A DNA stretch of 63,050 nt, the filler included, from Hyphochytrium catenoides (taxonomy: Eukaryota; Protista; Hyphochytriomycota), in assembly GCA_900088475.1 (NCBI GenBank). It is 7 parts of 7 records of this genome, joined end to end, with 100 filler letters (N's around TTAATTAATTAA, not from the genome) between each part and the next. Parts side by side here need not be neighbours in the genome. Positions count along the whole stretch, not along the records: positions 1 to 23,274 come from FLMG01000398.1; 6 more parts are not named here. One strand, written 5' to 3'. How positions within the stretch are numbered: position 1 is the stretch's first letter; every line of letters begins with the position of its first letter. Shown piece by piece: positions 1 through 12,780 of the stretch. The notes below the pieces were generated by a model. It was not told the origin of the DNA and did not search any database. It saw only the letters and a list, made by a program, of their open reading frames with translations. A program made the position numbers and the translations under genes.

Positions 1-31
1 CACACACAAGCCTGCGGAGCGCAGCCAAATA

Positions 32-1840
32 GTGATGGCACATATCCTGCCACACTTTCAGCCGGACAGGGATAACTACCCAGTCAACTTCATACTATAT
101 ATCCAGTCCTTTAAGGACATGGTGCACCGGACACATGGCCACCTTACAGAGGCCAACAAAAAGAATGAGCTTCTTAGCCGAATTCAGCCACACATCGATC
201 ATGATAGACTGATGATGAATGAAAGAATCGAGGAGCTCACCTTTGAGGAATACTGCGTCCGGTTAACAGAGAAGTATGTCAAGAACGTGGGTGCTGGTCA
301 ACACAAATTAGCGCAGCTCCTTTCCAACCATAAACTGAAGACCGCCACCTCGGAAGCCTGGGAAGACTCAGTGAGGAAGGCAATGGACATCGTTCGATCA
401 TACATGCTCCTGTTCCGCATCGGGCAAAAGAACGCTGGCGATATCAATGAGGACGAGAAAAAGTCAAATGAGCGGAGCCAGTGGAGGACACTCCATGAAC
501 AACTGCACGCGACCATGCCCAAAGAAGTCCTCAACCAAATCCCAGCACATACTTTAACTCGGGCAACCAACGATGGAGAGTTCACGATATACATCGAGAG
601 AATTCTCGAGATTCATGTGACCACTGTCGGTGAGCCACTGCCTAAACGCAAGCAGGACCACCAACAGCCAATGGCACCAACCCCGCCACCATCGAAGCGA
701 ACAAAACCAAATTCGTTCTCAAACCAACAAGCCCCCCCGCAATTCAATGCGTTGACCTATAACGAGGCAACGCAAGAACAACGAAAGATGTTCTGGCACA
801 AATACCAGGACACAAAAAGCAAGTGTCCTTACAACAATGGCCATATCCAACATAGCTTTGAGGTCTGTAGATACAACCCTCACTGTCTAAGATCCACCTA
901 TAGCCTAGAAGAGATAAAAGCCCAGGCCAAACAAACCCGGGAACTAAAGCAGACCAAAAAGGCTGCAGGGCAAAAACCCAAACATAACAATAAAGGAGCC
1001 CTTCAAAACTATGAAGTGACCCACGACAACACCCATATAACAATGGGATGTCAAACAAAGAAAGAAGCTGTAATAGCTTGCCTCAATATGCCACCAATAG
1101 ACGAACCAGATGAAGATGATAAAACCAATTCATCAACATCAATGTTGGCAACACTTCATGGAGAGGCCAGCCTAAGTGCGAGTAATGGTAACGCTCCACC
1201 GGGGTTGAAAGCTTCCCTCTATGAAGGGTCAACAGGTGATAAAGACTCACAAAAAAGAGCAACCACCATAAACCCGACCACCAAAAACAATACGCGTACA
1301 ATAACAAACATAAAGTCGATGCCCAAAGAGCCTACGCAAGAGGCGGGACGCCGTCACAACCGCAAAGACTCTGAGGACATTGCACCCACCTTTGAGAATG
1401 TGCACAATAACAAAGAAAAGCAAAAGACAATAATGGCACCAAACCCCAAATGCCGATGTCAAAGATTTGCTACCCAAACACCAATAAACTCTGGACTCAT
1501 CAATGGGAAGCTCCAGGTAAAGGTTCATATCGATATCGGGGCCAGAGTATCATCAGTGTCTTTCGACTTCTTAAAGCGTCACCCCACATTATACAAACGC
1601 ATCCATCACAGAGCAAAATACTTCGCCAATGTGATAGGAGACACAAACATACCGTCACTGGGAACAATCAAACTCTCTGTGACCTTGGGAGGAATAACCT
1701 TCCAAGGAAGGTATGAAGTCATGACTATGCCCTACTGGGAAGTCAATTTGGGGACAGACAAATATGATTTCGAGCTGGCATTGTTTGAGAAAGGGTACGA
1801 GAGAGGGAATATGAACCATTGCCCGGCAGGCGATAATTAA
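32..1840 (+). CDS. gag: Gag-aspartic protease ORF (5' partial; frame open from position 2)
   Basis: Knuckle-like CPYNNGHIQHSFEVC; retropepsin motif VHIDIGARVSSVS and a later NLGTD segment. Confidence 0.8.
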   Translation: MMAHILPHFQPDRDNYPVNFILYIQSFKDMVHRTHGHLTEANKKNELLSRIQPHIDHDRLMMNERIEELTFEEYCVRLTEKYVKNVGAGQHKLAQLLSNHKLKTATSEAWEDSVRKAMDIVRSYMLLFRIGQKNAGDINEDEKKSNERSQWRTLHEQLHATMPKEVLNQIPAHTLTRATNDGEFTIYIERILEIHVTTVGEPLPKRKQDHQQPMAPTPPPSKRTKPNSFSNQQAPPQFNALTYNEATQEQRKMFWHKYQDTKSKCPYNNGHIQHSFEVCRYNPHCLRSTYSLEEIKAQAKQTRELKQTKKAAGQKPKHNNKGALQNYEVTHDNTHITMGCQTKKEAVIACLNMPPIDEPDEDDKTNSSTSMLATLHGEASLSASNGNAPPGLKASLYEGSTGDKDSQKRATTINPTTKNNTRTITNIKSMPKEPTQEAGRRHNRKDSEDIAPTFENVHNNKEKQKTIMAPNPKCRCQRFATQTPINSGLINGKLQVKVHIDIGARVSSVSFDFLKRHPTLYKRIHHRAKYFANVIGDTNIPSLGTIKLSVTLGGITFQGRYEVMTMPYWEVNLGTDKYDFELALFEKGYERGNMNHCPAGDN

Positions 1841-1937
1841 CTGTGAATGAGCCCAGCGACCAAACAAACAAACAACCCTCCATAAAACAGTAGAGGGAAG
1901 TGAGACCAAACAAATAACAAATAGGCCTAAATATATC

Positions 1938-3221
1938 GTGCCTACAGCCAAACAGCTGCCAAAATGTCTCACCGTTGATGACTACAAACTACTGACAAAA
2001 GAACCGTCAGCCATTAAAACAAGAAAATCATCAACAAAAATAATTTGCACAATCCATGATAGAACAAACTATCACACAAACTCTCAAAGCAAAACACAAA
2101 GGCATGAACAAATTGAGGAAGAAAGAATACAAATAATGAAGTCGTACCTTGATGAAGAACTCAACAAGGACGACAAACACCTCAGTCAACCATATACTGA
2201 CGAACAAAAGTCCTCACTGACCAACTTAATGCTGTCGCTAAAAGACTGCTTTATTATTATACATGAGTCAGATAAACCAGGACGCTATACAGGAGGGCCG
2301 CCGGTAAACTATCAGCCTCAGCGACCTCTCCCAGAAACAAACCATTACTCCCGCATGTCCCCTGGGCTGCGGAAAATAACAATCGACTGCCTAAAGCAGT
2401 TAACAGAACTAGGACATGTCAAGCCATACAGGGAAGGGAAAAACTTTCACCGATTTATGGTTAAACCAAAACCTAATCGGAACCCCCCTGAAGGCAGACC
2501 ACTTAGTGATCTATCATTGAAAAACAAGTCGTGGGACCCATATAACTACCCACTGCAAAGGATAGACGAAGAACTAGACAAACTTTATGGTTCTAAGTGG
2601 TTCACAAAATTAGACATGACCCATGGCTACGCACAATTACCACTAGCAGAAGCCATGCACCCATACTTCACCTTCTCCGTAACAGGAGTAGGAGTATTTA
2701 CATACACCGTTATACCTCAAGGATGGTCTCCAGCAGGAGCTATTTTTGAAGAAATAGTCGAGTATACTCTCGGTGATACAAGGTTCAGGTGCTGCATCGT
2801 ATACCTCGATGATAATATTGTACACAGCCCTACCTTTGATCAGCACCTCCTAGACATAGAAGAGGTCATAACTAAATATGCTAATGCCGGTTTCCGCTTT
2901 AGCTTTATAACAAAAACCAAGCTCGCCAAAAATGCATGCGAATGCTTGGGCCACTATACAGATGGCAACATAACTAGACCTCTAATAACAAAAACAGAGG
3001 CTATAAATAACAGGCCACCGCCTGAATCAAGAGATGAACTCCGCTCTTGGATCCAGCTGTGCAATTACTACCGCAAATATATAAACCAATTTGCAGTCAT
3101 AGCACATCCATTATATCAACTGCTAAAGAAAGATAGCAAGTTTGATTTCAGAAAAGACTGGAAGCATGAATCAAAAGAGCTCCAGGCCTTTAACAAATTG
3201 AAGGCAATGCAGAGCCAATAA
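1938..3221 (+). pseudogene. pol: Reverse transcriptase domain of pol
   Basis: YPLQRIDEEL, FTKLDMTHGYAQL, IPQG, IVYLDDNIVHS, CLGH, NYYRKYI motifs; frameshift into RNase H at about 3210. Confidence 0.93.
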
Positions 3222-3919
3222 TGCTTCATCACCCAGACCCCAATAGAGAATACATCCTACACGTGGATGGCAGCCAAAACGGCTATGGGGCTATCCTTTG
3301 TCAAGAAGACGAAGACCATAACAAAAGGATAATTGCTTACTGGTCCAAGGTCCACAAAAGCAAAGTCCGCAGTCACTACTTTGAGATAAAAGCTCTAGTA
3401 GAGGCAATCAAACGCTTCAAATACTACTTACTGGGGACACCTGTCTTCCATGTAGTAGGAGATCACAAACCATTAACAGCCTTAATGAGTAAAGAAGCTG
3501 AAGGAGTAAAAGAAGAGTGGAAACACTACCTCCAAAGCTATAACTTTACCTATAACTATAGGCGCGGTACGGAGATCCCGTCCGACTACCTTAGTAGACC
3601 TTCTCAGTCACAAATTAAACCTGACTCTGAAGAACAACTACCAAAACTAAAGACAAATAATGGCCGACCATTGCTTGCATATAAAGACAGCATTAGGTTA
3701 GCGCCACAGGTCATAGCTTCCATAATGACAGATATACCCCCAGAAACAACAGAAGTATATGCTATCGAAAACCTCACCGATAGCCTAGCTGTTGAACAAG
3801 CTACTGATCCTGCTATCACTAGCATCATAAACAAACTGCGACAACCAATACCGGAAGTGCAAGAAGAAAGCTCTGCCCACAAAAAAAAAGGACAGACAAA
3901 AGCACAACCGAGATTATGA
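3221..3919 (+). pseudogene. pol: RNase H domain of pol
   Basis: YILHVDGSQNGYGAILCQ, IAYWS, EIKAL, GDHKPL and SDYLSR Ty3-type RNase H motifs. Confidence 0.9.
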
Positions 3920-3999
3920 AATAAGAAATAATAGCGAGCTCTGGCGCAAACCACCAGCCACAGCTAACAAAAGCATCGCTCCACACCTAAGAACAAAAG

Positions 4000-5237
4000 A
4001 AACGGTGCCCGTGATACCAAACAAATGGGTACCAAAGTTCATAGAAAGAGCGCATGTAGACTTACTAAGTCACAGAAGCGCAAAATACACAGCTGCCTTC
4101 CTCCGCCAACAAATCTACTGGCTGAACTCATTCATGCTAAAACTGTAAAGCACTGGATAAAGAAGTGCAAAATCTGTGAACTACACCCCTTCACAAACAA
4201 AATGATCACTGAACAATATTCAATGATCCCCTTAAGAAGGAATCACATACACATTATGGACCATATAGACAAGCTCCCTAAAACAAAAAGGGGAAATACT
4301 TGCGCTATTATCCTGCACGATCCCTTCGATGACCTTACAAAATTATTACCTGCCAAAAACAAATCGGCACCAGAGACAGCGTACCTAATATGGGAACACT
4401 GGCTCACAGATCCAATCGGCGGTTTCCCTGAAATCCTGCAGCACGACGCACATAATACGTTCCTATCTGACGTAATAAAATGTCTACGTGAGATGTATGG
4501 AATAAAGGCGCGTGTCAGCTCAGTAGGGAGCCACGGAAAAACAAGCAAAGTGGAAAGGACAATAAGAACTTTCAACAATATGATGTCAAAAGTGATCAGT
4601 GAAAACCAAACTGATTGGGATTTAAAATGTAGTGCAGTATGGAAAGCCCATGCGATGTGTATATCATCAAGCACTGGTTACTCTCCCATATACATGAGAA
4701 CACTCATGCATCCCCGCCTCCCAGAGGTAATGCCATATTCAGAGCGAACACCAACAAAAATGTACACCAAACCAAAACGATATGTTGATGAAATGACAAA
4801 AATCTTCAACGACATCATCAAAAACTCCTTAACCTACAGGCAACACTTAGCAGATCAAAAACAAAGACTGCTATTAAAACCTCGTTTGCCTCACGTACAT
4901 GAATATGAAGCACTGCAAATTGGGCAAAAAGTAAATCGCCTAAACGTATCTTCAGTTCAACCAAAAACAAACAGCCCCACAAGAGCACAAAAAGGCATTG
5001 ACAAAACTGCTGCCATAGTCGATGATGACAATACAAACAACAAATTGTCTCAACACGAAGAAGATAATGACATAACAGAATCAAAGCCAAAACAAAAGCT
5101 CGCCACCTATTGGGAAGGAGGATACAACATTAAGTGGATGCCTTAACATACAAATTAGGCTACACGAGAACAAAACAGGCAAAACCCGCCGAAAAACTGT
5201 CATTGTGCACAGGAAAAATATTAGATTGGCACAATAA
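4000..5237 (+). pseudogene. pol: Integrase domain of pol (frameshifted)
   Basis: HHCC finger split over two frames (AHVDLLSH / CKIC); D-D-E in IMDH, QHDA and KVER; GPY/F-like tail KLATYWEGGY. Confidence 0.88.
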
Positions 5238-5538
5238 CAAAGATCAACAACAAACATTATTGATCAAATCACAATAATCACCTCCTCAATAACATTCCCA
5301 ATGGCAACATCACACAAAGTTGCCACAAATACCACTGAACTGTTTTCCTTCACCTCTCTCAGAGCTCAAGCACAGCCCTGCAAAGAGAAGGGAGGTTTTT
5401 TCCTCTTCAGTGATGAAACTATCATTAAATAACTCCTCAGAAAGCACTACTCACACCTCACTCCCAACAATAGGTACTATAAAACAGTAGTACTTATGCA
5501 TTATCGCTCTTCAGGATCATTGCATTCACCATTGAGCT

Positions 5539-5549
5539 GAAGGGGGAGA
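5539..5549 (+). promoter_or_regulatory. Polypurine tract (plus-strand primer)
   Basis: GAAGGGGGAGA directly abutting TGTAAGGG downstream of the integrase. Confidence 0.8.
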
Positions 5550-5697
5550 TGTAAGGGATGAGGGGTTGAGTAGCCAGCCATCCCCCAGGACCTAGTCAGT
5601 GGGCTGGCCCAGGATGCGCTGGCGCGATCTCTGAAAGTCAATAAACAGTCTGGTTTTTCCATCCCATCGCCCTCTCGACCGCTGGAAGAACTTTACA
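5550..5697 (+). repeat. 3' LTR (148 bp)
   Basis: Starts TGTAAGG right after the PPT and ends CTTTACA (imperfect terminal inverted repeat); AATAAA at 5640-5645. The 5' LTR is not in the window to confirm. Confidence 0.7.
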
Positions 5698-6303
5698 CTG
5701 AAGGTCAGATGAAGCTGCCCGCAGATTCTTCAGAGGAATGCCGATGAATCTCTTCTTGAGCAATCTCTCGCTTGAGCTCTAGGAGCGTCCGGTCTGAAGG
5801 TCGTCCCATGAGGATGAGAGCTTGACAGAGCTTACGTGTCCCTCACTTGCTCTGTTGTTAGGATACTCTGCTGAGATATGGGGTAGAATGTCAGCTGAGT
5901 CCCAGGGAAGCTCGGACTGAAAGCACATCAACATCACCACAGGTTGCCTCGCCGCAAATTTGAGTGCCAGGCGCCTGTTCTACTGATAGAACATCGGCTA
6001 TGGTATGGGGATGTTCCAGCTGTCCTTGTCCAAGCAAAAACATGATAAGACTTGGCATGGGACATCACGGCAAGATCTCTGGTTCTGATACGATCCCTGT
6101 TCACCTGGCTCTTGAGCCGATACATGGCTCTGTATTTAGTCCACGATAGGATGCTACTCTAAGGAAGCCTGCAGCCGTAGTAAGCCTCGTTATCACCCAG
6201 ACATTTGGTTCTCCTCGTATCCAGCCCTAGACGCTCACTGCTAGAAGACCAAGGGGTCTGAGGAATAACCAAGATAAAGACTGCAGACATTTAGGCCCGG
6301 CTT

Positions 6304-6349
6304 TGTGTACCTTGCCTTACTGAAGCTGTGTACCTTGCCTTACTGAAGC
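6304..6349. repeat. 23-bp perfect tandem duplication
   Basis: TGTGTACCTTGCCTTACTGAAGC present twice in tandem. Confidence 0.9.
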
Positions 6350-6860
6350 TAAAGGTCCACTCTGGCTGCCTGCCCTGGCTGCGATTCGCCCTTGGGATCA
6401 CATCCCGATCTAGACACCAACAGCCTTTCATAGCTTTAAGGAGCCTGCAGTAGTGCTTATTTCTGTCCGTGAAAGGATGACGCTGCAACGATCTGACGCT
6501 TCTTTGTCGTTGCAGTATGGTGGTGGTGAGGGCAACTGTATCCAATATATGCACTGTGGAGCTGCCTTGTGCAGGGGGAAAGATAGCCATCGTGGGCGCC
6601 GCAGGCTGTTACCGCTCACAAGGAGAAGATAACGAGCTGAGCGAGAGATTAGGCTTATGAGTGTAAGGCTCATCCAGCTTATAGGAGAGGCGGCAGTGTG
6701 CTTGTTTTGGATTTGAGGTACAAAGCTTCATGGGCGAACTCTATATTTCAAGGTTAAGCGCTAGCCAAACATACAAGGTAAATAAATATAAAGCGGAGAT
6801 CAAGACCGTCTCTCGTTCATCTCAGTTCTCTCTCTCTCTCTTTCTATTCTCATGGCCTTT

Positions 6861-9835
6861 CTATAGAGCAAAGTAAGTCATTCCATTCTCATCAGCGTAG
6901 GCTCTGTTCCCTTCAAAGCCATCGCTTGACATGCTTCCTGCATCGCCTATGTCTTCATAAGGGACAGAGCCAACAAGAGAACTATCATTCTTCGCATAAG
7001 GAAGGGCGTTTGCAGCACCAGAGCCATCACTTGCTCTTCCTCCAGATCCTCCTCCGCGGGCAATAACAGCAGCGGCAGGCGTGGGGGTTGGAGAGTCAAT
7101 TGCACTTTCTTCGTCTGCTGCTTGCATGACGACGGAGGAAGAAGAGGACGACTGGTTCAGAGCGTCTTCAATTCTGAATAGAGCTTGACAGACCTCAGCC
7201 ATTGTGGGCCGAGTGTCTGGATCTGCACTCCAGCAAGCTTGGATGAGCTCAGTCATCCCAGCCGGAGCCGCAAAGCCGTCCAATCTGGGTCTCTCTCCAG
7301 CCAGAACCATACTCTCTACTTGCTTCTCCGACGCTTCTTCAGCAAAAGGAGCCTTAAGAGAGAGAACCTCATAGAGTACGCAGCCAAAGCTGTAAACATC
7401 AACCTTTGAAGAGAAATATCCGCTAGCAGCAATCATTTCTGGAGCTTTCCACCGAGGAGTGCCCGTTCCTAGCGGGATACACGCGGCATTGATGGGCAGA
7501 AGAATGCTCTTGCTCATAGATTTATAGCTCATCGGGCCGTTGGCGCTCGACCGAGACCACGATTGGCTGCTTCCTCTGGCACTGCCACTGCCACTGCTCC
7601 TGCTCGACCGCGTGATGCTGGCGGTGCTGCCGTTGCTAACTCTAGGAAAACTGCTACCCCGTGTGCCGCTGCCTGACCCTGCGGCGCTCTGAGCAGAGTT
7701 TCTATAGCTTAGAGCGCCAAGGGTAGACCGGCTCCGCCTCGACAGCTCACTGTTGGCCCCTGTGCCAGTAGATCTACCATCTGCCTCCTCATCTCCTTCC
7801 TCAATGGCGGGCGGCATGCGGTAGACGATGGACATAGAGTATCTTGATCGCCTCCTGTCTAGTCGAGGCCTACCGTCTGGCCCCTCTGCTCCCTCCTCTC
7901 CTAAAGATTGTCTCGTAGAGTCTCTTTCTCCCTCCTCGGTACTCGATCCTCGCCCGTGCAACTGTCTCGATGCATCTGTCTCTTCTCCTCCCACTACCTT
8001 GACAGCCTCTAAGTCCATGGCAGTGGTCATACGGTTTGTGGTAGGACTGAGAGCGTCTGCGAGAGCTTCTGTTCCTCCTCTGTGGGGAAGGACCACGCAG
8101 AGATTATTCTTCACCTCTAAGAGCCGCGTGGTGCCGAAGTCAGCTATCTTTCCTCTATACTGGTCATCTACAAGGATATTGCTGCTCTTAATGTCTCTAT
8201 GAATGTACTGTGGGCTCGTACTATGTAGAAAGAGAAGCCCTTCTGCTGCGTCTATCAACACGCTGAGCCTATCCAGCCAGCTCCAGCTGACAAACTGAGA
8301 GCTGTGCATCACGTCATGCAGGGAGCCCTGCACGCAGTACTCAGAAATGATCGTCAGCTCTCCAGCGAAGATCCCAGCGCCTAAGAACTGGACAATGTTC
8401 GGATGACGAAGGCTCATTAGCGCTTCTGCCTCCTTGGCCATAGCCTTTGCGTATGTCTCTCTATCGCTGTGGGACTTGCGAGGGAGGACATGTATCCGCT
8501 TGATCGCTACATCTGCACCTCTCCAGAGGCCATGATAGACTATGCCCATCCTTCCAGAACCTAAGACCTCAAAGAAGTCGATGTGCTGGAGCTCTTTCTC
8601 GAAGGACCACTTGGCCTCTTCCTGCAACAGATTCAGCTGCAAGGACTGTCGGTTCTCTCCTCCCACGGTAGCCTTCTTGCCTAGGCAGACAGTTAAAGAT
8701 GATCCTCTGCCTACCAGGAAGCGGAAGCAAGGCGTTCGATGGCAGAAGCTCTGGAAGGAAGAGAGAGAGAGACAGTAGATCAGCAGACCAAAGAGGCCCC
8801 ACAGACGATTGACAGCCTCAACGATAGAGACCAAGATGGTTAAGAAGCTTCCATCCATTGCCCCACTGAGGACAGCTATGATTCTCAGCATTGTAAAGGG
8901 GAACCAACAGATAAAGGCCACAGTCAGATAGCCGATGACTCTCTGCATCACCATCCAGCTGATTGTCCGTCTTCTCTTTCTTTCCATCGCAAAGAAGACT
9001 CTTAGAGAGATAAGAAAGAGCACGAAGAGAAGTTGCAGGGTGAGGTTATAGATATCTCCTCTTCCTTCTGTCATGCTCATTTCGAGAAAGAGACCAGGGA
9101 GAGAGACAACGAGCACCAGGGCGTGATAGCCCCACTCTAACTGTCTCTCGGCCCTTCTCTTTAGACGAAACTTGATCATGACCACGCTGTGTACACCTAA
9201 GAGAAAGGCATAGAGAATAGCTGCGCGCTGCAACAAGCCGGTAGCCAGTTTAAGCTGATTGTTAATGGCAGCACTTCGACCCAAAAGCTGGAAGCCGGCC
9301 ATGACCTGAAAGAGAGACCAGAAGAAGATCGACGTGGGAAGAAAGAGAAGGAGCTGCCGCGTGGTGGTAGCGGATTGTCGGGAGAAAATCTGGAAAGAGC
9401 GGCAGCAAAGCAAGAGGAAAAGGGATCCAGAGAGACAACCGAGGAGAGAGAGAAAGGGAGAATGATGGCGTGAGTGAAGAGAAGAATAGAGAGTGTCAGG
9501 AAAGATGAGTTAGAAGGAGCCAGAGCTGGGCTTCTTTGTCGGGGAAGAACGAAAGTAAAAAAGAAAGAGTGAGAAGAGGGATACATGCACGGCCTAGGGT
9601 CACGTACCCAGGAAGCGAAGAATCGAGGGAGAGAAAGAGACATGGAGACGGGGAGAAAGAGAGACACATAGAGACAGGAGAAAGAAAGGAGGAGGGAGAG
9701 AGAGAGAGAGAGAGAGAGGGAGAAACATGTCCTAGGCTATAGAATATCTACCTGGTGCAAGAACCATCCAAAGGCACCGATCGCCGATAAAGCGCTGCAG
9801 AGGAGCAGAGCTATTATCTCTGCCCTCGACGGCAT
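6861..9835 (-). CDS. 7TM GPCR-like domain fused to a TKL-group kinase; exons 9835-9752 and 9389-6861, about 870 aa
   Basis: Exon 1 MPSRAEIIALLLCSALSAIGAFGWFLHQ joins via a phase-0 GT-AG intron (9751-9390). Seven hydrophobic segments including GYLTVAFICWFP and WGLFGLLIYC. Kinase motifs GSGRMG, VAIK, HRDIKSSN, DFG, GTPRWKAPE, DVYSFG, CWSADPDTRP. Confidence 0.88.
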
Positions 9836-10448
9836 AGCTCCGACCCGCGCTGTAGGGCTCCAATAAGAGGCCAGACTACTAAGAAAACTCTATCTGAGGC
9901 CGCGTCATTGCGTTTTGAGAGGCTTTGAATTGGTCGATTATCTCTTCCTCTTAGCCCTAACAATACTTAGCCAACGACCTCCAGTCTCCTAATGATTATT
10001 CGTCTGCAGATATCTGCCGATGATGCTTATCGCTTTTGAGACGCAATGATTGAGTCTCACTCTCCCCATCGAGCATTCTCAGGGGAAGAATGTGACGCCG
10101 TCTCTCTCTTTCTCTCTCTCTCTGTCTCTCTCTTTTTCTCTCTCTCTGTGCAGATAGATTGTAGTTCTATGCTCTCCTTGCCCTGACTTTCTTCGGCGTG
10201 TCTCTTCTTTCTCCGTCATTGACGTTGTAGATCTGTCTCTCTGGCCCATGAGGAAGCCACAGTCATCTTTATACTTTCCTCCTTTCTCCCTGCTGTGCTG
10301 CTGAGCAGCGAATGTGGTCATCCTGCTGGTAGGAAGATAGGGAGAAGCCGTGGCCTTACCCTCCTCGGCTGTGGGGATCCATCACAAGCAGCAAAGAGAA
10401 ACAGAGAGAGACACACCGAGTGAGGCAGAGGTAACTAGGTCACAGAGT

Positions 10449-10498
<50 letters not shown>

Positions 10499-10634
10499 AG
10501 AGAAGAAGGAAGATCAGAAGCCCGTCGTCTTCAGCTTGAAGCTGTTCTTGCTCTAACAGAGCCAGGAAGACGGAGTCGGACAGAGAGAGGAGGAACTCAG
10601 AGAGAGAGAGAGATCAAAGAGCTTTTACATAGAA

Positions 10635-10677
<43 letters not shown>

Positions 10678-11260
10678 TTATCATTGTCCCTCTTTCCTTC
10701 TGCCTCGTCACGTCCGCCCGAATCTAAATAATACGGCGCCTCTTTGCCATTACTCGTAGTCATTAAAGGGACATCGCAGTAGTAATGCGACAGGAGTCTA
10801 CACACAAAAGATGCATCAATCCAATAGTAATATGCCCTCATGTAGTTAGCTTTAAACCTCAAGAACAAGGTGATCAGCAGTAGTAATATTACCTGCTGGT
10901 TCTCAGCCAAACTGGATGTGAAGATGGGCCCTCAGGCAACCCCCCAGTTCATTAGAGGAGTGAGAGAGAGAAAGAGAGAGAGAGGGAGAGGGAGAGAGAG
11001 AGAGGAAGAGGGAGAGAGAGGAAGAGAGAGAGAGAGGAAGAGAGAGAGACAGAGAGAGAGAGAGACGGAGAGAGAGGTGAGGGGCATAGGAAGGCACTTG
11101 AGGAGACAGAGTACCGCAGAGCAAGGAGGATCAGAAAGAAAGGGAGGGGATCAGAAAGAAGAGGGAGAGGTGAGACCCGTAATAACGAGCCTACTAGAGA
11201 GAGAGGGAGAGAGAGAGAGAAAGGGTGGGGGGAAGAGAAGGGAGAGGGAAAAGAGAACAA

Positions 11261-11301
<41 letters not shown>

Positions 11302-12046
11302 CAGAGAGAGACAGAGAGAGACTCAGATATTAGCGCATCTCCAAGGTAAGAAGCAGTTGGAACAAGCAGAATAAGGAAAGCAGATGGAGGAGAGAGAGAA
11401 AGAGAGAGAGAACCAAGGGGGACCAAGACCGTCAAAGCCTGGTGTTCTGCATGGTTGACCACTGACAGGAGCAGGCTAAGTAAGGCGAGACCATCATAGA
11501 GCCGGACAGATAGTCAGCTTGAACTTCCTCTACAGCAGTCGCGATGCCCCGCTGGACTTACTGAGTACAAGGAAGAGTTCAAGAAGAGAAGGAGGTGACG
11601 TTTGAAGATGCTGCTGATCTTCTACGTTAGCCTTTACATTGATCGAGGAGAGAAAGAGGAAAGTAGAGGGAAGAGAGAGAGAGAGAGAGAGAGAAGACAC
11701 TTCAGCTACAGCAGGCTAAGAAAATAGCAAAGAGTTAGCCGACAAGCCCACATCAAGCACAATCAGAGAAGGTGTGATTTGAAGAAAAGAGTGCAAGGAA
11801 GAGAGAGACTGAGAAGAGAGAGAGAGAGAGACGAGAGAGAGAGGATGCATGCTATTCACGTTGAATGCTCAGCTGTCTCCGCCTCTAATAAATATGTCGC
11901 TCTATCTTACACTTTTTGGCCTTATTCCCGACCGACCTACACATGAAGCTCTTTCTGCTGCTCCAGCTCCAGCATGACGCCGCTTGGCTCTTGTCCTCCC
12001 TTCCCCACCCAACCTCCCTCTCGCTCTTATGTCCTTCCCTCGAGCT

Positions 12047-12081
<35 letters not shown>

Positions 12082-12450
12082 TCTCTACATACCATGGCAA
12101 GATCCGACGTATGATGTATCACAGTCGCTTGCTTTCTAGCATAGAGTGGACGACCCACACGCTCCGCTTCAAGTTCCCACAGACTGGCACTGAACCTCCC
12201 CATTCCTTCTCCTATCTCTGACCCTTTACAACTCTTGTTTATTCTCTTTCTCTCCCATCCTCATTGCCCCATGTTGACACTGGCTTGCGCTCGCTGTCCC
12301 GTGTGTCATGAGGCTCCATACTCGCAAGTATGGACCCCGATTGTCCGATCCGTGGATAGAGTGATCATCAGCTTGCTACTCAGAGATGGAACCCAGCAAC
12401 CTTGAAGAACCATCTTGCCTGTTGGAGAAAGGAAGAAGAGAAAAAAAGGG

Positions 12451-12494
<44 letters not shown>

Positions 12495-12728
12495 AAGAGT
12501 TTGAGCAGCAGGACAGAGGTTACGGGTAGGGTTACTCTGCATCTGTCCCTTGGAAAAAAAATAAAGGCCACAAGCCAAAGTAATTAGGTAAATGGATCAG
12601 AAAGATATCCAAGACAGAGGAATGAGACACATTGTATCAGGAAGAAGAATGAACGCTGATGCACTCCTTTCACTCTCTCTTCCCTTCCCTTCCCTTCGAT
12701 CTCCTCACTCTCTCGCTCTCTCTCTGCG

Positions 12729-12762
<34 letters not shown>

Positions 12763-12780
12763 TTGTCCCTTTTCGCTCTT
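9400..12780. repeat. Dense (AG)n/(CT)n microsatellite field; similar fields at about 19680-19780, 48770-49070 and 51380-59930
   Basis: Directly visible dinucleotide runs, mostly intronic or intergenic. Confidence 0.95.

Larger units (their letters stand above)
1..5697 (+). mobile_element. Ty3/Gypsy LTR retrotransposon, 5' end outside window, pol frameshifted
   Basis: Domain order gag-PR-RT-RNaseH-IN, then a polypurine tract and a TG...CA LTR. A/C-rich composition distinct from the flanking host DNA. Confidence 0.95.

Noticed and set aside
3205-4140. Pol frame breaks as programmed frameshifts
   Set aside because: Multiple breaks fall inside pol, including within the HHCC finger, which is better explained by decay or homopolymer errors.
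5700-6700. Possible decayed coding or LINE sequence downstream of the LTR
   Set aside because: Fragmented frames with no diagnostic motif.
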